Translations under genes and position numbers: made by a program
Notes under the pieces: model-generated
The model's input: only the letters and a program-made list of their open reading frames with translations
The model's database searches: none
Told to the model about the DNA's origin: nothing
In this document: positions 59,880 through 64,000 of the stretch, piece after piece
Layout of the letters: every line of letters begins with the position of its first letter
Position numbering within the stretch: position 1 is the first letter of the stretch
DNA from: Candidatus Hydrogenedentales bacterium
GTDB lineage: Bacteria > Hydrogenedentota > Hydrogenedentia > Hydrogenedentales > GCA-2746185
Direction: 5' to 3'
Assembly: GCA_038916785.1 (NCBI GenBank)
Contig: JBCLBO010000001.1
Location: 69,987 to 133,986, forward strand
Length of the DNA: 64,000 nt

Positions 59880-61373
59880 ATGTCTTTTAACGCACTTCAC
59901 ATCCACCCGCGCCTGACCGAGATTCTCACGAATCAGCGCATCACCGAGCCGACGCCTATCCAGGCCAAGGCCATCCCGCCCGCGCTCGAAGGGCGCGACG
60001 TGGTCGCCATCGCGCAGACTGGCACGGGCAAGACGCTCGCGTTCGGCCTGCCCGCGATCACGCGGCTAGCGAAGGACAAAAGCCCGGGCACGCGCATGCT
60101 CATCTTGACGCCGACGCGCGAGCTCGCGCACCAAATCCAAGCAGTGCTCAGCCCTCTCGGCGAGCCGTACGGCCTCAAGGCCGCGTGCGTCTACGGCGGC
60201 GTCGGTTTCGAGCCGCAGACCCAGGCGCTGCGCAAGGGCACGCCGATCATCATCGCTACGCCCGGCCGCCTGCTCGATCACATTGGTCGCGGCAACGCAA
60301 AATTCGACCATCTCTCGATCCTCGTGCTCGACGAAGCAGACCGCATGCTCGACATGGGATTCATGCCGGACATGAAGCGGATCATCGGCAAGCTGCCGAA
60401 GGACCGCCAGACCATGATGTTCTCGGCGACCTTCCCCGACGAAATCGCGAAGCTCGCCGGCGAATTTCAGCGCGACCCAGTTCGCGTGGAAGCGGGGGCA
60501 ATTTCCAAGCCGCTCGACGCGGTGACGCAAACAGTGTACACCGTCCAGGCGGACCGCAAGATGGAGTTGCTCTCCAAGGTGCTCGGCGGGGCCGGCGTGG
60601 ATACCGCGCTGGTTTTCATCCGCACGAAGCACCGCACGGATCGCATCGCCAAGGTACTCAAGCGCGAAGGCTTCAAGGCGCAGGCCATTCACGGCGGACG
60701 CTCGCAGAGCCAGCGCCAGCAGGCCTTGGACGGATTCCGCGACGGCAAGTTCAATGTGCTCGTGGCGACGGATGTCGCCGCGCGCGGGCTGGACATCAAC
60801 GGCATCACGCACGTGATCAACTTCGACATTCCGAAGACGACGGAAGACTACGTCCACCGCATCGGCCGCACGGCGCGCGCAAAGGCCAAGGGCGACGCGG
60901 TCACCTTCGTGTGTCCCGAGGACGCCAAGGCGCTGCGCGACATCGAGCGCGAACTCGGTAAGGAAATTCCGCAAGCAGAGTGGGAGGGCGCGGTGGTGCT
61001 GCCCGCGGGCCATGGTCATTCGCACGCGCCGCAGAAGCAGCGCCAACCCCAGCACGGGCAGCGTCAGCAACAACATGGCCGCCAACAGCCCAAGCAGGGT
61101 CGCGGCCAGGGAAACGGCAGTGGACGCGCGCACGGACGATCCAGCGGCGGACAAGCCCCGGCGCGCCACACGAACGACCGGACCGGCGCGCCGCATCAGC
61201 GGCGTGAACCCGCCGCAGCGCATGCAACCGCCGCCGGCCACAAGCACGAAGGCGGACGCAAGCACGACGACAAGTTGCGCGCGCCCAGCGTCGTATCGAA
61301 AAACAATACCACGCGCCGCGAGCCGCGGCCGCTCGGCCAGTTCTCGCGCCCCAAGATCAAGCGTCCCGCGTAA
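59880..61373 (+). CDS. DEAD-box RNA helicase (RhlE-like) with a disordered basic tail
   Basis: PTPIQ, AQTGTGKT, PTRELA, TPGRL, DEAD, SAT, TDVAARGLD, HRIGRTAR. Confidence 0.96.
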   Translation: MSFNALHIHPRLTEILTNQRITEPTPIQAKAIPPALEGRDVVAIAQTGTGKTLAFGLPAITRLAKDKSPGTRMLILTPTRELAHQIQAVLSPLGEPYGLKAACVYGGVGFEPQTQALRKGTPIIIATPGRLLDHIGRGNAKFDHLSILVLDEADRMLDMGFMPDMKRIIGKLPKDRQTMMFSATFPDEIAKLAGEFQRDPVRVEAGAISKPLDAVTQTVYTVQADRKMELLSKVLGGAGVDTALVFIRTKHRTDRIAKVLKREGFKAQAIHGGRSQSQRQQALDGFRDGKFNVLVATDVAARGLDINGITHVINFDIPKTTEDYVHRIGRTARAKAKGDAVTFVCPEDAKALRDIERELGKEIPQAEWEGAVVLPAGHGHSHAPQKQRQPQHGQRQQQHGRQQPKQGRGQGNGSGRAHGRSSGGQAPARHTNDRTGAPHQRREPAAAHATAAGHKHEGGRKHDDKLRAPSVVSKNNTTRREPRPLGQFSRPKIKRPA

Positions 61374-61395
61374 ACCAAAGATCGACATCGTAACG

Positions 61396-61430
61396 GCGCT
61401 CCCGGACTTCGGTTCGGGAGCGCTTTTTTG
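61396..61430 (+). terminator. Intrinsic terminator
   Basis: GCGCTCCCGGAC-TTCG-GTTCGGGAGCGC followed by a T-run. Confidence 0.9.
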
Positions 61431-61587
61431 ATTGGCGTTGAAGGTCAAAAGCTCATCGGACATGAACGCACGGTCTCTCTCAGCGACCCTTGCGAGACCT
61501 CTGCGCCCCCTGCGGTTAAATCCCCAATCGTTTCAAATTCGTACAAGCCACCATCGGAATCGAGCGAATCGCCGTCCATATCCGTCA

Positions 61588-61631
61588 TAAGTCCTTTATT
61601 AACAACGACTAACTCTTGGCACCCCGATTGC
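61588..61631 (+). promoter_or_regulatory. sigma54 promoter TGGCACCCCGATTGC (61617-61631) with IHF-like site, upstream of clpB
   Basis: GG-N10-GC consensus 43 nt upstream of the clpB ATG. Confidence 0.75.
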
Positions 61632-61673
61632 CTTTTACCCGCCAAGTCTTCGTGCAATTAGGAGAGAATCAAC

Positions 61674-64000
61674 ATGCGATTGGACAAACTGACCATCAAA
61701 GCCCAGGAAGCCGTCTCCGAGGCGCTCGACGCTGCCTCGCAACGCGGCAATCCGGAGATTGCGCCGCTGCATCTGTTGCACGCGCTCGTCTCGCAGAAGC
61801 AGGGCGCGGTGGCGAGCATCCTGCAGCGCGTCGGCGTAGCGCCGGAACAGGTGCTGGCGCAAGTCGAGAAGAAAATCGAGGGTCTGCCACGCACCTCGGG
61901 CGCCGGCGCACAGCCCAGCATCGGCAGCGCCGGGCAGAAGGCATTCGACGAAGGCTGGAAGGTCGCACGTGGACTGAAGGACGAATACCTCAGCACCGAA
62001 CACATTTTTCTCGGCATCCTCGCGCTCGCCGGCGATCCCGCGGGGCAGATTCTCTCGCAGGCCGGCGTCACCAAGGACGCCGTGCTCGCGGCGCTACGCG
62101 ACGTGCGCGGCAGCCAGCGCGTCACCGATCCGAACGCCGAAGCACAATACGACGCCCTCACGAAATACACGCGCGATCTCACGCAACTTGCGCGCGCCGG
62201 AAAACTCGATCCGGTCATCGGGCGCGACGAGGAAATCCGCCGTGTGATCCAAGTGCTTTCCCGCCGCAAGAAAAACAACCCCGTGCTCATCGGCGAACCC
62301 GGCGTCGGCAAGACGGCCATCGTCGAGGGCCTCGCGCAGCGCGTGGTGGCCGGAGACGTGCCGGACAACCTCAAAGACCGCCGCGTGGTGACGCTCGACA
62401 TGGGCGCGCTCGTGGCCGGCGCGAAGTACCGCGGAGAATTCGAGGAACGTCTGAAGGCCGTTCTGCGCGAGATCGAAGAGGGCTCCGTTCCTGTCATCCT
62501 GTTTATCGACGAGCTGCACACGATCGTCGGCGCGGGCGCGGCCGAAGGCGCGATGGACGCCTCCAACATGCTCAAACCCGCCCTCGCGCGCGGCGAACTA
62601 CACTGCATTGGCGCGACCACGCTGAACGAATACAAAAAGCATATCGAGAAAGATGCCGCGCTGGAGCGGCGCTTCCAGCCGGTGATGGTGGGCGAGCCGA
62701 ATGTCGAAGACACGATCGCCATACTGCGCGGCCTCAAAGAAAAATACGAGGTCCACCACGGCATTCGCATCGAAGATACCGCGCTGGTGGCTGCTGCCGT
62801 ATTGAGCAACCGCTACATCGCCGACCGATTCCTACCCGACAAGGCAATCGACCTGATCGACGAGGCCTCTTCGCGCATTCGCATCGAGGCCGAAAGCATG
62901 CCCTACGACATTGACGTGCTCGAACGCCGCCGCCGCCAGCTCGAAATCGAAGTGCTCGCGCTGAAGAAGGAAAAAGACAAGGCCAGCGTCGAGCGGCGCG
63001 AGACCATCGAAAAAGAAATGGCGGAGTCGCAGGAGAAACTCAGCGGCTTGAAGTCTCAGTGGAAGGCCGAAAAAGAAGTCGTGGAGGCGATCCGCAAGAT
63101 TAACGAGCAGATCGACGAAGCGAAACGCCAGGAAGAAATCGCCGAGCGCCAGGGCAATCTCGGCAAAGTGGCTGAGATCCGCTATGGCACCCTGGTCGGC
63201 CTGCAGAAAAAGGTTGAGGAGGAGCACAAGCGCCTCGTCGAGGTGCAGAAGAACGGCAGCTTTATCCGCGAGGCCGTGACCGACGAAGACATCGCCAAGA
63301 TCGTCTCCAGTTGGACCGGCATTCCCGTCGACAAGATGATGGAAGGCGAAGCCGAACGGCTCATCAAGATGGAAGACGAACTGCGCAAGCGCGTCGTGGG
63401 TCAGGAAGAAGGCCTGCGCGTTGTGGCGGACGCCGTCCGCCGCGCGCGCGCAGGTTTGAAAGACCCTGACCAGCCGATTGGCTCGTTTATCTTTCTTGGT
63501 CCGACCGGCGTCGGCAAGACGGAACTCGCGCGGGCGCTCGCGGAGTTGATGTTCGACGACGAGAAGGCGATGGTGCGCCTCGACATGAGCGAATACGGCG
63601 AGAAGCACACGGTCGCACGCCTGATCGGCGCGCCTCCGGGCTACGTGGGCTACGAGGAAGGCGGGCAGTTGACCGAGGTGGTCCGCCGCCGGCCCTACAG
63701 CGTGATCCTGCTCGACGAGATCGAGAAGGCGCACCCGGACGTGTTCAACGTGCTCCTGCAATTGCTCGACGACGGACGCCTCACCGACGGCCAGGGCCGC
63801 ACCGTCGACTTCCGGAACACCGTCGTCATTATGACCTCGAACATCGGCTCGGAAATTTTCCAACAGGGCGACATGGGCGAGGAATCGCGCGAATATGTCC
63901 TCGATCGCCTGCGCAAGCACTTCCGGCCGGAGTTCCTGAACCGTGTCGACGAAGTGGTTGTGTTCCAGCCGCTCAAGCGGGAGCAGATCCGCAGCATCGT
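61674..64000 (+). CDS. clpB: ATP-dependent chaperone ClpB (3' end beyond the window)
   Basis: [34 protein letters not shown], coiled-coil M-domain, [24 protein letters not shown]. Confidence 0.96.
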   Translation, partial: MRLDKLTIKAQEAVSEALDAASQRGNPEIAPLHLLHALVSQKQGAVASILQRVGVAPEQVLAQVEKKIEGLPRTSGAGAQPSIGSAGQKAFDEGWKVARGLKDEYLSTEHIFLGILALAGDPAGQILSQAGVTKDAVLAALRDVRGSQRVTDPNAEAQYDALTKYTRDLTQLARAGKLDPVIGRDEEIRRVIQVLSRRKKNNPVLIGEPGVGKTAIVEGLAQRVVAGDVPDNLKDRRVVTLDMGALVAGAKYRGEFEERLKAVLREIEEGSVPVILFIDELHTIVGAGAAEGAMDASNMLKPALARGELHCIGATTLNEYKKHIEKDAALERRFQPVMVGEPNVEDTIAILRGLKEKYEVHHGIRIEDTALVAAAVLSNRYIADRFLPDKAIDLIDEASSRIRIEAESMPYDIDVLERRRRQLEIEVLALKKEKDKASVERRETIEKEMAESQEKLSGLKSQWKAEKEVVEAIRKINEQIDEAKRQEEIAERQGNLGKVAEIRYGTLVGLQKKVEEEHKRLVEVQKNGSFIREAVTDEDIAKIVSSWTGIPVDKMMEGEAERLIKMEDELRKRVVGQEEGLRVVADAVRRARAGLKDPDQPIGSFIFLGPTGVGKTELARALAELMFDDEKAMVRLDMSEYGEKHTVARLIGAPPGYVGYEEGGQLTEVVRRRPYSVILLDEIEKAHPDVFNVLLQLLDDGRLTDGQGRTVDFRNTVVIMTSNIGSEIFQQGDMGEESREYVLDRLRKHFRPEFLNRVDEVVVFQPLKREQIRSI

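Noticed and set aside
61020-61370. Gln/His/Gly-rich low-complexity tail as a novel domain
   Set aside because: Disordered basic tails are typical of RhlE-like helicases

Overview
GC-rich bacterial chromosomal segment, probably from a diderm (it encodes a secretin, OmpA-like lipoproteins and an RND pump); taxonomy cannot be fixed from this window. Backbone genes include a sugar ABC ATPase, gpsA, fatty-acyl-CoA metabolism, cca, hemE, pilT, fabI, ilvE, a TetR-RND efflux operon, nagB, a DEAD-box helicase and clpB. A complete Tad/Flp pilus operon (15.4-27.5 kb) follows a sigma54 promoter, a GAFTGA-less enhancer-binding-protein homologue and a degenerate GGDEF protein. There are two lower-GC accessory regions. 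(i) At the left edge, a C5 DNA methyltransferase is translationally coupled to an HD-domain ORF that the ORF track misses. (ii) A 5.6-kb island (29607-35217) bounded by 32-bp imperfect inverted repeats carries an operon of five small, related helix+winged-HTH proteins followed by an HNH endonuclease. This operon is the best candidate for an undescribed system. Five sigma54 (-24/-12) promoter matches were found, four with IHF-like sites; one drives a structured, terminator-ended RNA candidate of about 175 nt. A RAYT transposase flanked by perfect REP inverted repeats, several REP-like families and several decayed genes are also present. No tRNA, rRNA or CRISPR array was recognised. All calls come from manual reading of motifs; no database searches were run.
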